Source: a virus
Virus record (IMG/VR): IMGVR_UViG_3300037010_002844
Span: 64,001 to 128,000 of that record
Length of the DNA stretch: 64,000 nucleotides
Strand: one strand, 5' to 3'
Numbering within the stretch: the first letter of the stretch is position 1; every line of letters begins with the position of its first letter. Positions 35,989-44,404 of this stretch are shown one piece after another. The position numbers and the translations under genes are program-made. Below the pieces are notes generated by a model that saw only the letters and a program-made list of their open reading frames with translations, was not told where the DNA came from and did no database searches.

Positions 35989-36269
35989 AGCTTCACCAGA
36001 TGTTTCTGTTCGTATCCGTAGCGCAGGCCGCTGGATTGCAAGCGAACGTCAACGAAGTCTTTCGCATCCTCATACGTAAAGTCACCGACGATGCCAAGAC
36101 ACTCGCCGAACTCATCTACGCGTGAGGTCGAGCAGGAAATGCAGCCCTCGTCGGGCAGCTCTGAATCGGCAGGACCTCGAAGTCCCTTGTGATTTCACGG
36201 AGTGCACTGCCCACGAAGAATCACCTTGAACTCCTCGGTCATCTTGACCTGGTCACCGCACTTCAACAT
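35985..36269 (-). pseudogene. Cys-rich small ORF (94 codons) with one internal TGA
   Basis: MLKCGDQVKMTEEFKVILRGQCTP*NHKGLRGPADSELPDEGCISCSTSRVDEFGECLGIVGDFTYEDAKDFVDVRLQSSGLRYGYEQKHLVKL; its terminal TGA overlaps the RNA-ligase ATG (ATGA). Confidence 0.3.
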
Positions 36270-36300
36270 GTTACAATTCTATTCCACTGAATCGTGAAGT

Positions 36301-36600
36301 TACATACCCGCGCACTCTTTTGCCCAACGTAGTTCATCCTCGAGGAATGCCACGCGTTGAGCATCCTCAAACTGCCGGAGCTTCTGCCGATAGGCATTGC
36401 GTGTCGCCTCGGCATTTCGATAGCGAAAGCGATTCTTTGCCAGCCTCTCGGAGACGTCGATCGTCTGGACGTGGGTGATCTCGAACTCGTGGATCTCCGG
36501 CCAGGGTCCCTAGTCGTCACAGGTGCTCGCAGCCATTCCAAGGTGACGCTTGTATTCTTGCTCTGTCGTATAGAGCCAAGCGCGCTTGTGATCAGACATC
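36301..36600 (-). pseudogene. small ORF (99 codons) with one internal TAG
   Basis: MSDHKRAWLYTTEQEYKRHLGMAASTCDD*GPWPEIHEFEITHVQTIDVSERLAKNRFRYRNAEATRNAYRQKLRQFEDAQRVAFLEDELRWAKECAGM. The composition reads as coding on both sides of the stop. Confidence 0.3.
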
Positions 36601-36727
36601 CACGCGAGGCCGCCACCCGACCAGGAACTGCGTGCTTCCTACACGTATTGTCCCTAGCAGAAGATCGCGAAGAGCCTCATCCTCGATTTCACTTGTAGGG
36701 ATCGTAGCCGCTGCCGTAGCACGTGGT

Positions 36728-37057
36728 CTACGAGCTACCGAGACCCAGGTCGACGCTGACCTGCAGTTGTGCATTACCCAACTGTCTGACCTCGAAAAAG
36801 AAAAAGTTCTTCTTGTCCCTGGCCGCACGTAGGACCCACTCACCGAGCGTTTCCTTGTCAGGGAAGGCAAAGTAGTGAATGTCAGGCACCGTCGACGATG
36901 AATCGCTATCGTGAGAATCGTAGGCCGGCATCCACTCCGTCCGGGTGTCGAACAGGACGGCAGCGAAATGCGGACCCTTGGGCTTCTTCTCAGGACGATC
37001 GACCATGAACTGCGTCCAGTCGTGGTAGTTGTAATCGTCCATGTACTTCTTCGGCAT
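36728..37057 (-). CDS. hypothetical protein (109 aa)
   Basis: ORF. Confidence 0.45.
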   Translation of the reverse strand: MPKKYMDDYNYHDWTQFMVDRPEKKPKGPHFAAVLFDTRTEWMPAYDSHDSDSSSTVPDIHYFAFPDKETLGEWVLRAARDKKNFFFFEVRQLGNAQLQVSVDLGLGSS

Positions 37058-37064
37058 GGCATCC

Positions 37065-37289
37065 TCAGCAGGGGTTGTCGCGGTAATGCTTCACAATGGT
37101 GAGGATCTCATCGACCTCATCGTCTCCGCAGTCCTTGTAGCTCTTCCCCTTCGTTGACTTGATGCGTTCCCAGAGGTGAGCATAAGAGTTACGCTTCGCG
37201 AGTCCGGGATGAAGCGGAAGCTTCCCGTCGAGGTGGGCTCCCGCCTCCTTCACGGCTTCCTGGATGCGCTTGCAGTTTTCAGGACTCAT
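37065..37289 (-). CDS. small hypothetical protein (74 aa)
   Basis: ORF. Confidence 0.4.
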   Translation of the reverse strand: MSPENCKRIQEAVKEAGAHLDGKLPLHPGLAKRNSYAHLWERIKSTKGKSYKDCGDDEVDEILTIVKHYRDNPC

Positions 37290-37674
37290 CGATGTCGCCA
37301 GTCTTCAAGCGAAGCAAGTCGTTCTTCGAGATCTCGAACTTTTGCCGCCAACAATTTGGTGCAAGTTGATCCACAGTGACCGGCGCCGGTTTCGTGATCA
37401 GCGTGAAGGTTGTCAGTGTAGCGAGGAAACCCGCAAAATCAGTGAGAGTCGGAAAGGAAAGACTCAGTGGAACAAAGGCATGCGCGGTCTGACATACAAT
37501 TTTAGCGAAGAAGATCGACAGAAAGCACGTGAACAACGCATTACTTTCAGCAAGTTACGGCCCATGTTAGGAAAACGACACAGCGATAAAACTCGCGCAA
37601 AGATGCGAAAATCTCATCGCTGTTCGAAGTACGGTGAACCCAGCCACCAGAAGATGACCCGTAAATCCTCCTAG
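37264..37674 (+). pseudogene. NUMOD3-repeat fragment with no nuclease domain (degenerate homing-endonuclease remnant)
   Basis: CSEETRKISESRKGKTQWNKG..SEEDRQKAREQR..HSDKTRAKMRKSH = three NUMOD3-like units; no catalytic motif; opposite strand to its neighbours. Confidence 0.45.
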
Positions 37675-38675
37675 AACGCACCTGGGGCTACTTGAAAACA
37701 GGTCAGGCCGATGCTGCGCCAGAAGTCGACGACCTGATTGCGATCATCGAGGACGAAGTCCACGTGGTACTTACCGGCCACGAACTTGTCGAACAGCTCC
37801 TGCTTGATGACGGCGTCCTTGCGCTGGTCGAGCTTTCCCGGATCGGGCGCAGTCTCGCCACGCATGTGCAGCTCGTACGGGATAGGCATGGTCGCAGATG
37901 TCTCCACCATGTCCTGCGTGAATGCTGGGTTGGCGACGCGGCAGTACTTCTCAATGAAGCGCTGCGTCTCGGGACGGTACTTCTGGTCGCGGCCCGACAT
38001 GAACATGATCTTGTAGCCCTGAGCGTGCATCGCCAGGACTGTTCGGATCACCGGCCAATTGGGCTTGTCGATCTCGTCGCAGTTCGACGCATCGTATGGC
38101 GTGCGGTTGCCGATGATGGCCAACGTCCCATCGAGGTCACACATGATCGCCTTCGGCAGGCTCTCGTCCTGGATGATGACTCGGAACGAGTCCGGCCGCG
38201 GTTCGTAGTAGCACTCCTTGTCGGAGAGCTTGCGCCCCTTGTCGAGGCCAGCGCCACGGGCCATGTCAAGGATGATCTTCTCACCCACATGAGCGAACCC
38301 GGTGCGCTGTGCATCGCGAGCGATGCAGGTCTTGACATCAACATTGACACCCTTCTCGATGACCTTGACGTCGCCATAGCTCGCAGCCGCAGCGTGCAGC
38401 TTCTTGACGGTCATCGGCACCAGGTGCGTGTCATCCAGGATGACATCGTAACCCGCGTCGAAGGCCTGACGCATCAGCGCTTCCTTCATTGAGCGAACAA
38501 GGTCCTCACGAGAGTTGTCACGAGCGTGTGGGTTGTTGCCAGGGCCCACGCACATGCCGCGCAAATCATCGCGGTTGATGCGCACCCAACGCTTGGGCTC
38601 GCGCTTCACCAGCGCCGCGGCTTCGGTCGACTTACCGGAACCCGGCAGGCCCTTGAAAATCACGAGAGTACGCAT
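37671..38675 (-). CDS. pnkp: polynucleotide kinase / 3'-phosphatase (T4 Pnkp/PseT-like)
   Basis: N-terminal P-loop FKGLPGSGKST plus C-terminal HAD phosphatase motif IMCDLDGTL (DxDGT). Confidence 0.85.
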   Translation of the reverse strand: MRTLVIFKGLPGSGKSTEAAALVKREPKRWVRINRDDLRGMCVGPGNNPHARDNSREDLVRSMKEALMRQAFDAGYDVILDDTHLVPMTVKKLHAAAASYGDVKVIEKGVNVDVKTCIARDAQRTGFAHVGEKIILDMARGAGLDKGRKLSDKECYYEPRPDSFRVIIQDESLPKAIMCDLDGTLAIIGNRTPYDASNCDEIDKPNWPVIRTVLAMHAQGYKIMFMSGRDQKYRPETQRFIEKYCRVANPAFTQDMVETSATMPIPYELHMRGETAPDPGKLDQRKDAVIKQELFDKFVAGKYHVDFVLDDRNQVVDFWRSIGLTCFQVAPGAF

Positions 38676-38761
38676 ACCTTGACTCTATTCTCTGTGATGG
38701 TTGTTTTGCACAACATCAATGCGGGCCGTCTCTGACCCGCATTGATTCGCTGCGTTTGTTG

Positions 38762-39718
38762 TCAGCCGTGGAGCGTCAGGTACCGCTCCGTCATCGACAC
38801 CACGAATTTGTCGATGAGCTTACGGTCGGGCTCTCGACGCAGGGTTGAGGTCTCATAGAGCTCGTTGGCACGTTTCTCCAGTGCATCGGCACGCTCAATC
38901 AGGGCATCGTAGTCGTGCTCGCCCCGGCGATACGCCAGGATCTCTTCGCGGTCGCCACGTTCCTGACGGTCCACGTAGACCTTATGGTCTTCGAGGATTT
39001 CAACGGCCATGGTCTTGAGGCGAATCAGGTGCATGCCATGTTTCACGTCAAAACCCCACTTGGCCTCAAGCTCGGCACGAGCTGGGTTCCGAGTCTTGAG
39101 CCAGTTGACGTACTGGTCGTAGTGCGTCTTCGCAGCCTGATACTGCTTCTCCCGCGTGAACAGGGTCAGCACGTCCTTGGGCAGGTCCAGCTCAATCCCG
39201 TCGGCGACTGCCGCATCGTAGGCACCCAACTCCGACTTCGAGACCTTGCTCGTCTCGGAAAGTCCGAATGACTTCCTCGAAGGAGCTTCCTTGGGCGGGT
39301 TGAGCAACCACGAGCGATGCGTCTTGATGCGCTGCAGCTGGGCATGGGCATAGCCCGAGAAGGTGAACTTCGCCTTCTTGGACAAGAACTCGTCCTTGAT
39401 GCTGCGCAACTCTTCGCCGAACTCGTCGATCTTCAACACGTGCCTGTCGGCCACGTGGAGGATCTCGATGATGTTCGGGTTGCAGTCGGCAGCGAGCCTA
39501 GCAAACTTGTTGAGGGCATAGGTTACCGAGTCGACGCCGTCGCTCTTGGAACCCATGTGTTCCGCCTGCTCGAACGTCTTCATGAAGCCCAAGTAGTACT
39601 CCTTGGGAGCGATGGCAACGCCCTTGAAGTCCTCGTCAGAGGTGGCGACGTTCAGGCCATAGGCGTGAGAACCGTGCCGAACGTAGAGGATTGTGCGCTT
39701 TTTGACGTCAAAGTCCAT
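38762..39718 (-). CDS. Pol-beta-superfamily nucleotidyltransferase (minimal NTase fold)
   Basis: YVRHGSHAYGLNVATSDEDFKG (hGS..YG...SD.D signature). Confidence 0.55.
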   Translation of the reverse strand: MDFDVKKRTILYVRHGSHAYGLNVATSDEDFKGVAIAPKEYYLGFMKTFEQAEHMGSKSDGVDSVTYALNKFARLAADCNPNIIEILHVADRHVLKIDEFGEELRSIKDEFLSKKAKFTFSGYAHAQLQRIKTHRSWLLNPPKEAPSRKSFGLSETSKVSKSELGAYDAAVADGIELDLPKDVLTLFTREKQYQAAKTHYDQYVNWLKTRNPARAELEAKWGFDVKHGMHLIRLKTMAVEILEDHKVYVDRQERGDREEILAYRRGEHDYDALIERADALEKRANELYETSTLRREPDRKLIDKFVVSMTERYLTLHG

Positions 39719-39810
39719 GTCTTCACCTCCCGTAAGGGTACTTTCATCCTACCCCAACGAGTAACGATTGTGCACAGGCACTCGCGGGCCCGAAAGGCCT
39801 ACTTATAGTC

Positions 39811-40080
39811 ATGTCGAAATCCACCCTCGCGCTACTTCGTGAGTTCATCAGCGAAATCATGCTGAGCGAGGCGCCTGTCAACCTGCAGGTCCCCAAGGAC
39901 AAGAAGCAGGCCGACGCATTCATCGACATGTTGCTATGGGCAGGCGAGAAGATGCAGGCCACTCAGGAAGAGGTCGACACTGCCGTCGAAAAGGCCAAAG
40001 ACAAAAACGACTGGTCTGACGCGCTTGACTTGATCTCAACCTACTTTGTGATGAAGGGCATCAAGTTCAAGCGTCAGTGA
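39811..40080 (+). CDS. small hypothetical protein (89 aa)
   Basis: ORF. Confidence 0.45.
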   Translation: MSKSTLALLREFISEIMLSEAPVNLQVPKDKKQADAFIDMLLWAGEKMQATQEEVDTAVEKAKDKNDWSDALDLISTYFVMKGIKFKRQ

Positions 40081-40528
40081 CTTCGACGCGAATGTTCTCG
40101 ACCTGCATCACCACCTCAGTGATAACGGGAGACGGGTCGCCGTAGTCAAGAAACTGCGGTGTGGCGTGCAGTGGCTTGACTGTCATGGTCCATACTTCAG
40201 TCGCGCTGCCGGCGGCATTGATGAACTTGAAGACGGCTTGGCGCGACTTCTTCTCTTGACACCACTCCTGAAACTGTGAGTAGATCGATTGCCCTTCGAT
40301 CTCGTAAAACTGCGCTGTCAAGAATGACTGGCGGTCTGCTGCGGCCCAAAGCATCGGCAGCTGAGCGCTCTTAACGAGGAACGTGTCCAGACCTTCGATT
40401 GCAAGGACCCATCGATTTCTGCGCTGCGGGCGAAACTTCTCATCCTCTGGCTTGACTTCGATGACTCGAGCCTGAGGTTTGGGTGACCAGAAGGTCCGCT
40501 TGAAAAATTCGAGAAATTGAGAGAGCAT
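40067..40528 (-). CDS. hypothetical protein (153 aa)
   Basis: ORF. Confidence 0.45.
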   Translation of the reverse strand: MLSQFLEFFKRTFWSPKPQARVIEVKPEDEKFRPQRRNRWVLAIEGLDTFLVKSAQLPMLWAAADRQSFLTAQFYEIEGQSIYSQFQEWCQEKKSRQAVFKFINAAGSATEVWTMTVKPLHATPQFLDYGDPSPVITEVVMQVENIRVEVTDA

Positions 40529-40543
40529 GATAAACCGTATCAG

Positions 40544-40930
40544 TCAATAGCCATTTTCGATGCGCTCCACGTTGGTGCGACCCTTTTCGAGGTAAGCCTC
40601 GAACAGTTCATCCAATGTGATACCTGAGGCGATGACGAGCTCGAGGTAGAGATGCAGAGCATCGACTAGCTCTTCTTTGTATTCCTCGCGGTCCACGTGA
40701 GGAAGTTCAGTCGCCCGGTGTGACTTTGCATTCTTGAGATGCTGCCCGGCCTCAAACAGTTCCTCCATGATGTGATTGCGAATGTCCTTCAGGAACTTCT
40801 GCCCTTGCTTCGACGTAATGTCAGTCGGGAAGTCCGGGAAACCGCGCTTCTTCTGCAGGAGCCTCATGAACGACTCCTGTTGGTCCCAAAGCATCTGCAA
40901 ACGATCGGTCATCCGTACACCCTCACGCAT
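40544..40930 (-). CDS. MazG-like nucleoside-triphosphate pyrophosphohydrolase (probable start at the internal Met MTDRLQ, with GAGGG Shine-Dalgarno)
   Basis: IRNHIMEELFEAGQ...KEELVDALHLYLELVIASGITLDELFEAYLEK (EExxE ... D motifs). Confidence 0.55.
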   Translation of the reverse strand: MREGVRMTDRLQMLWDQQESFMRLLQKKRGFPDFPTDITSKQGQKFLKDIRNHIMEELFEAGQHLKNAKSHRATELPHVDREEYKEELVDALHLYLELVIASGITLDELFEAYLEKGRTNVERIENGY

Positions 40931-40936
40931 TCGCGC

Positions 40937-40967
40937 ATCGTGTTATCGTGTTATCGTGTTATCGTGG
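40937..40967. repeat. direct tandem repeat (ATCGTGTT)x3.9
   Basis: atcgtgtt atcgtgtt atcgtgtt atcgtgg, spanning the stop of 40951..41319 and the 5' leader of 40544..40930. Confidence 0.8.
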
Positions 40968-41319
40968 ATCTCGAGCACCTTTGGGATGCTACCATCCTTC
41001 TCAGTCTGATAGCCGCCTGCGAGGTCCAGGCCACTGGAGTGCGACTTTTGGCTAGGTCATCGAAGACCATTGCGTCTCGGAGTCGCAACTGTTCCGTTGT
41101 CATCCACCCGCCATACGGGTCATTGATGTGTGGATCAGCGCCGGCCTGGAACAGGACGATGTCAGTGTAACTCATCCAGTCGAGGACGTCACTGAGCTCT
41201 CGGAAGAGATCATTGACCTGACTGTGATGCATGTAGCGTTGGCCGGCCGTGAAGTGTTGAATCCAAGAACCGGCGTTGAGGCGCTTGATGATCTCGGGAT
41301 CACTCATCGGGTAGGTCAT
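40951..41319 (-). CDS. hypothetical protein (122 aa)
   Basis: ORF. Confidence 0.45.
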   Translation of the reverse strand: MTYPMSDPEIIKRLNAGSWIQHFTAGQRYMHHSQVNDLFRELSDVLDWMSYTDIVLFQAGADPHINDPYGGWMTTEQLRLRDAMVFDDLAKSRTPVAWTSQAAIRLRRMVASQRCSRSTITR

Positions 41320-41394
41320 CCTCTCTGAACATCATGCACGGGAAGAGCATCACTCCGATGAACAGGATCTGCCACCAAGACAACTCTTCCACGA

Positions 41395-41655
41395 TCAACT
41401 CTTGAAGATGACGCTCGAACCCTGACGGGCCTGCTGATGCTCCTGCGCTTCCGCGAGCAACTTCTCGTGCATCTGCTTGATGGATGCCACGTAGGCGGGG
41501 GTCAAGGTCAACGTCTCGCCATCGCCGGCAGGTTCAACCTCGATCTGGCGCATCAGATCGACGACGTCAATGCCAAGGATCATGCCCTCCTGGACGATCT
41601 GGGCAATACGCGCGATAACGGTGTCATTCAGTTTGTGGCTCATGGTTCGTATCAT
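41395..41655 (-). CDS. small hypothetical protein (86 aa)
   Basis: ORF. Confidence 0.4.
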   Translation of the reverse strand: MIRTMSHKLNDTVIARIAQIVQEGMILGIDVVDLMRQIEVEPAGDGETLTLTPAYVASIKQMHEKLLAEAQEHQQARQGSSVIFKS

Positions 41656-41676
41656 ACTCCTTCATCTGACGGGTGA

Positions 41677-42258
41677 TCAAAGAAGGCCGTGCTTCTTGAC
41701 CTGTTCAATGACTCGCTCATGAACATTGACGCGAGTGCCCTCACAAGACACTAGCACCGTGTCGGGATCATGCTTCCCGTGATCTGCGTAAAGGACTCGA
41801 ACACGAGCCTGGAGGGTGTCATCCTTCTCATAGACGTCATCCTTGCGATCGATGTGAGATCGACCGTGCAATACGATTGTCAGGTCGGGCTTACGGAGGC
41901 GTGAACACAGTTCACGGGTCCATTGGGGATTTGCCCCGCCTGCACAACCGTAGACGATGGCCGACAGCGCCCAACGATCGAGCACGACAAAGTCATTGTC
42001 GGCCTCGAGTTCGGGCAGCTGATAGGTTTGAAAGATTCGCTTGTTGATGTACTGCGTCCACTGAAAGAGATTGGGCATCGACTTGGCAATACCTTTTCTC
42101 AACATCCAGTAGATGGCCTTGTGCGTAAAGTTGTCGTTGAATGGTACTTCAACGAGAGTTGCGCGGTGACCATTGTGCTTCAAATATGCAGTCAACAGCT
42201 TTGACTGCGTCTCCTTGCCCACCTTGTCAGGGCCCTCAATGACGATCAACTTGGCCAT
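41677..42258 (-). CDS. tmk: thymidylate (dTMP) kinase
   Basis: LIVIEGPDKVGKETQSKLL (Tmk P-loop IviEGpDGaGKtTq); DRW (Tmk DR[YHW]). Confidence 0.75.
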   Translation of the reverse strand: MAKLIVIEGPDKVGKETQSKLLTAYLKHNGHRATLVEVPFNDNFTHKAIYWMLRKGIAKSMPNLFQWTQYINKRIFQTYQLPELEADNDFVVLDRWALSAIVYGCAGGANPQWTRELCSRLRKPDLTIVLHGRSHIDRKDDVYEKDDTLQARVRVLYADHGKHDPDTVLVSCEGTRVNVHERVIEQVKKHGLL

Positions 42259-42266
42259 GTGTTTCC

Positions 42267-43031
42267 TCAGACGTACAGTGCGCGGAGATTGCCGTCAGGC
42301 ATCACCAGCTCGAACGCCTCGAGGCTGGCCTGAAATTGTCCGGTCATCTGGGCGAGCTTCAGCATCGCTTCCGCGATGTGCCGCACTTCGACCTGAGCGT
42401 GCTTCGAGTAGCGCAGCCTCAGGAAGTGGACGAAGCTTCGAAAGTTGAACATCACGTCAGCCGTGATCTGATTGCCGTAAGGTAGATAGAACCTCGCGGT
42501 CTCCTTGGCGCGCTTGCGTGGCACTCCCTTGGTCACGAGTCGCTCCAACGTTTCATGGTAGCGTTCCATCGCCTGTTCCATGTGATCGATGTAACGAGCA
42601 CGTTCTTCATCGTCCCAATCGAATGGCACGTAGTACTTGTCGTCCTTCAGCTCCTTATATCGAGCCGATTCTGCATTGACAGAAACGCCGATGCGGTGCT
42701 TGATCAGGTGGATGTGCGTGGCAATGTCAGTCGTCACCAGGAAGTGCAGAGACGACTTCTCGAAAGGCGTCTCGTGACCAGCAGAAGCGAGGTCCTTCAA
42801 CAACTTCGGAAGTCGGGCACGCTTCTCGTCGGTCAGATCCCGCGAGGTACTGGTCCAGGCTGACATGGCATGGCTCTGATCGCCACCGTAGATGCCGACC
42901 AGCTCGACGGTGTTGGGACCAGCGCCTTTGCCCTTGATCTTGATGGGCTCCGGAGGAGGCGAAGAAATAGTCGGCACCTCAACTTGGGGCTGAGAACCTT
43001 TGCTGGTTTTTGCGGATTTCTTCTGCTTCAT
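42267..43031 (-). CDS. thyX: flavin-dependent thymidylate synthase ThyX
   Basis: ThyX signature RHRxxSxxxxSxR: LIKHRIGVSVNAESARY. Confidence 0.85.
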   Translation of the reverse strand: MKQKKSAKTSKGSQPQVEVPTISSPPPEPIKIKGKGAGPNTVELVGIYGGDQSHAMSAWTSTSRDLTDEKRARLPKLLKDLASAGHETPFEKSSLHFLVTTDIATHIHLIKHRIGVSVNAESARYKELKDDKYYVPFDWDDEERARYIDHMEQAMERYHETLERLVTKGVPRKRAKETARFYLPYGNQITADVMFNFRSFVHFLRLRYSKHAQVEVRHIAEAMLKLAQMTGQFQASLEAFELVMPDGNLRALYV

Positions 43032-43069
43032 TCTGTGTCCTCTTTCTTGGCATCGATGATGGCCTCAGA

Positions 43070-43309
43070 TCACTCGAACAGATTGTGGAGACATGGGTAA
43101 TCCACGGGCTGCAGCAGAACGGCGCCAAAGGCGCCCGACTTGCTCTGAAAGCCGAAAACATACTTCACCGCAATCCAAAGGCAACGATACCACGGATGAT
43201 AGTGCGACAGAAAGACCTCGGTCGTCACGAGGCCGTCTTCAGTGTCAACTGCAATACATAACGTGTGTTCAGCACAACCGCACTGGCACTCGTAGTATTC
43301 CCTCTCCAC
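43070..43309 (-). CDS. small Cys-rich hypothetical protein (79 aa)
   Basis: ORF; CQCGCAEH. Confidence 0.4.
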   Translation of the reverse strand: MEREYYECQCGCAEHTLCIAVDTEDGLVTTEVFLSHYHPWYRCLWIAVKYVFGFQSKSGAFGAVLLQPVDYPCLHNLFE

Positions 43310-43349
43310 GAGAAAGAAGTATAACCTACGTTAGGTCGACTGTTTCAAC

Positions 43350-43613
43350 TCACGTCTGCTGGATGAATTGCCAGAGGGCGTCTTCAGCCACAGCGTACAT
43401 CTTCTCGTCGAGCTCAGCCAGTGTCTTGTTGGCGATCTGCATCAACTCACGGGCCTGTGACGGATTCTCAGCGCGAAGCTGGATGAACCGCTTGACGTGC
43501 TGGCGGATCCGATCAGTGCAGTCGTCCGTCGCCTGACGCACCATGAACTCTGGGACGCCGCGCATGAACTCCTCGCAGATGATCTGCCTCAGATCTCCCA
43601 GACGAACCTTCAT
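43350..43613 (-). CDS. hypothetical protein (87 aa)
   Basis: ORF. Confidence 0.4.
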   Translation of the reverse strand: MKVRLGDLRQIICEEFMRGVPEFMVRQATDDCTDRIRQHVKRFIQLRAENPSQARELMQIANKTLAELDEKMYAVAEDALWQFIQQT

Positions 43614-43972
43614 CAGGACTCCGACTTGCCCTTCAGAGCACGAGCCCAGGCGCCCTTGACCGCGCTACCGACCTGCGACATCATGGTCTCAGTCGCGCCC
43701 TCGGCGGCCTGCTTCAACTGCTCGTAGGTCGCATCGTCAAATTCACGTGAGCCCTCGTCGTACTTGTCGGCGTGTGCCAACAGCAGTGCATGCATCACAG
43801 AATTACTGAAGTGGCGCTCGAGGTTGCCCAAGGCCTGCGAAATGTTCTGCGACTCGAGAGGATCCTTGACGGCAGTGTTGCCGGCACGAAAGAGCGCCGG
43901 CGACAGTCCGACTTCGGAGATGACACTTTCGCGGATCAGGCGACGTAGGGTTCCCAACTTGATCTTCATCAC
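43613..43972 (-). CDS. hypothetical protein (119 aa)
   Basis: ORF. Confidence 0.4.
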   Translation of the reverse strand: MMKIKLGTLRRLIRESVISEVGLSPALFRAGNTAVKDPLESQNISQALGNLERHFSNSVMHALLLAHADKYDEGSREFDDATYEQLKQAAEGATETMMSQVGSAVKGAWARALKGKSES

Positions 43973-44391
43973 AGTTCCTCTGAATCGTTGTGGTCAATGA
44001 CAGAAGCCACGGCCTCGTAGATGCCGTCTGACAGGTCGTTCAACCGCGAGCTGATCTCAACGGTAATATTTGCGCGGAGATCTTCGAGATCATCAACGTA
44101 CTCCAGCGATTCCTTGAGGGTCCGAGGAGTGATGCGGTTCAACCCATCAGACTTCCGGTAGGTCTCCTCCGCGATGATTGCGTAGGCCTTCTTTTGGAAA
44201 TTCTCGACCGCCGAGGTCGCCTCTTCGAAGACAAGCTGCGAAAGACGTTCCTGGATGACCAACTGCGTGTCGGTGTCAAATCCACTGACCATTTCCTTGA
44301 ACGAGGGCTCACGGCGCTTTTCCAGCGCCGTTTGCACTTCTTCCTGAATGATCTCGTTGATTCGGACGGCCTGCCGAGGCGTGATTCTCAT
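43969..44391 (-). CDS. hypothetical protein (140 aa)
   Basis: ORF. Confidence 0.4.
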   Translation of the reverse strand: MRITPRQAVRINEIIQEEVQTALEKRREPSFKEMVSGFDTDTQLVIQERLSQLVFEEATSAVENFQKKAYAIIAEETYRKSDGLNRITPRTLKESLEYVDDLEDLRANITVEISSRLNDLSDGIYEAVASVIDHNDSEEL

Positions 44392-44404
44392 GCAGGTAAG
44401 TATC

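Noticed and set aside
35985-36600. Stop-codon reassignment (TGA or TAG recoding) as the explanation for the in-frame stops
   Set aside because: Both TGA and TAG occur as internal stops, and none of the long conserved genes contains one. Pseudogenes or sequence errors are more parsimonious.
36592-37062. ORF 36592..37062 and other Ser/Arg/Thr-rich overlapping ORFs (e.g. 8925..9374, 25303..25695, 22880..23203)
   Set aside because: Compositionally biased alternative frames of real genes, with no motifs.
40937-40967. CRISPR array
   Set aside because: There is only an 8-bp unit with no spacers, and no other repeat-spacer structure in the window.
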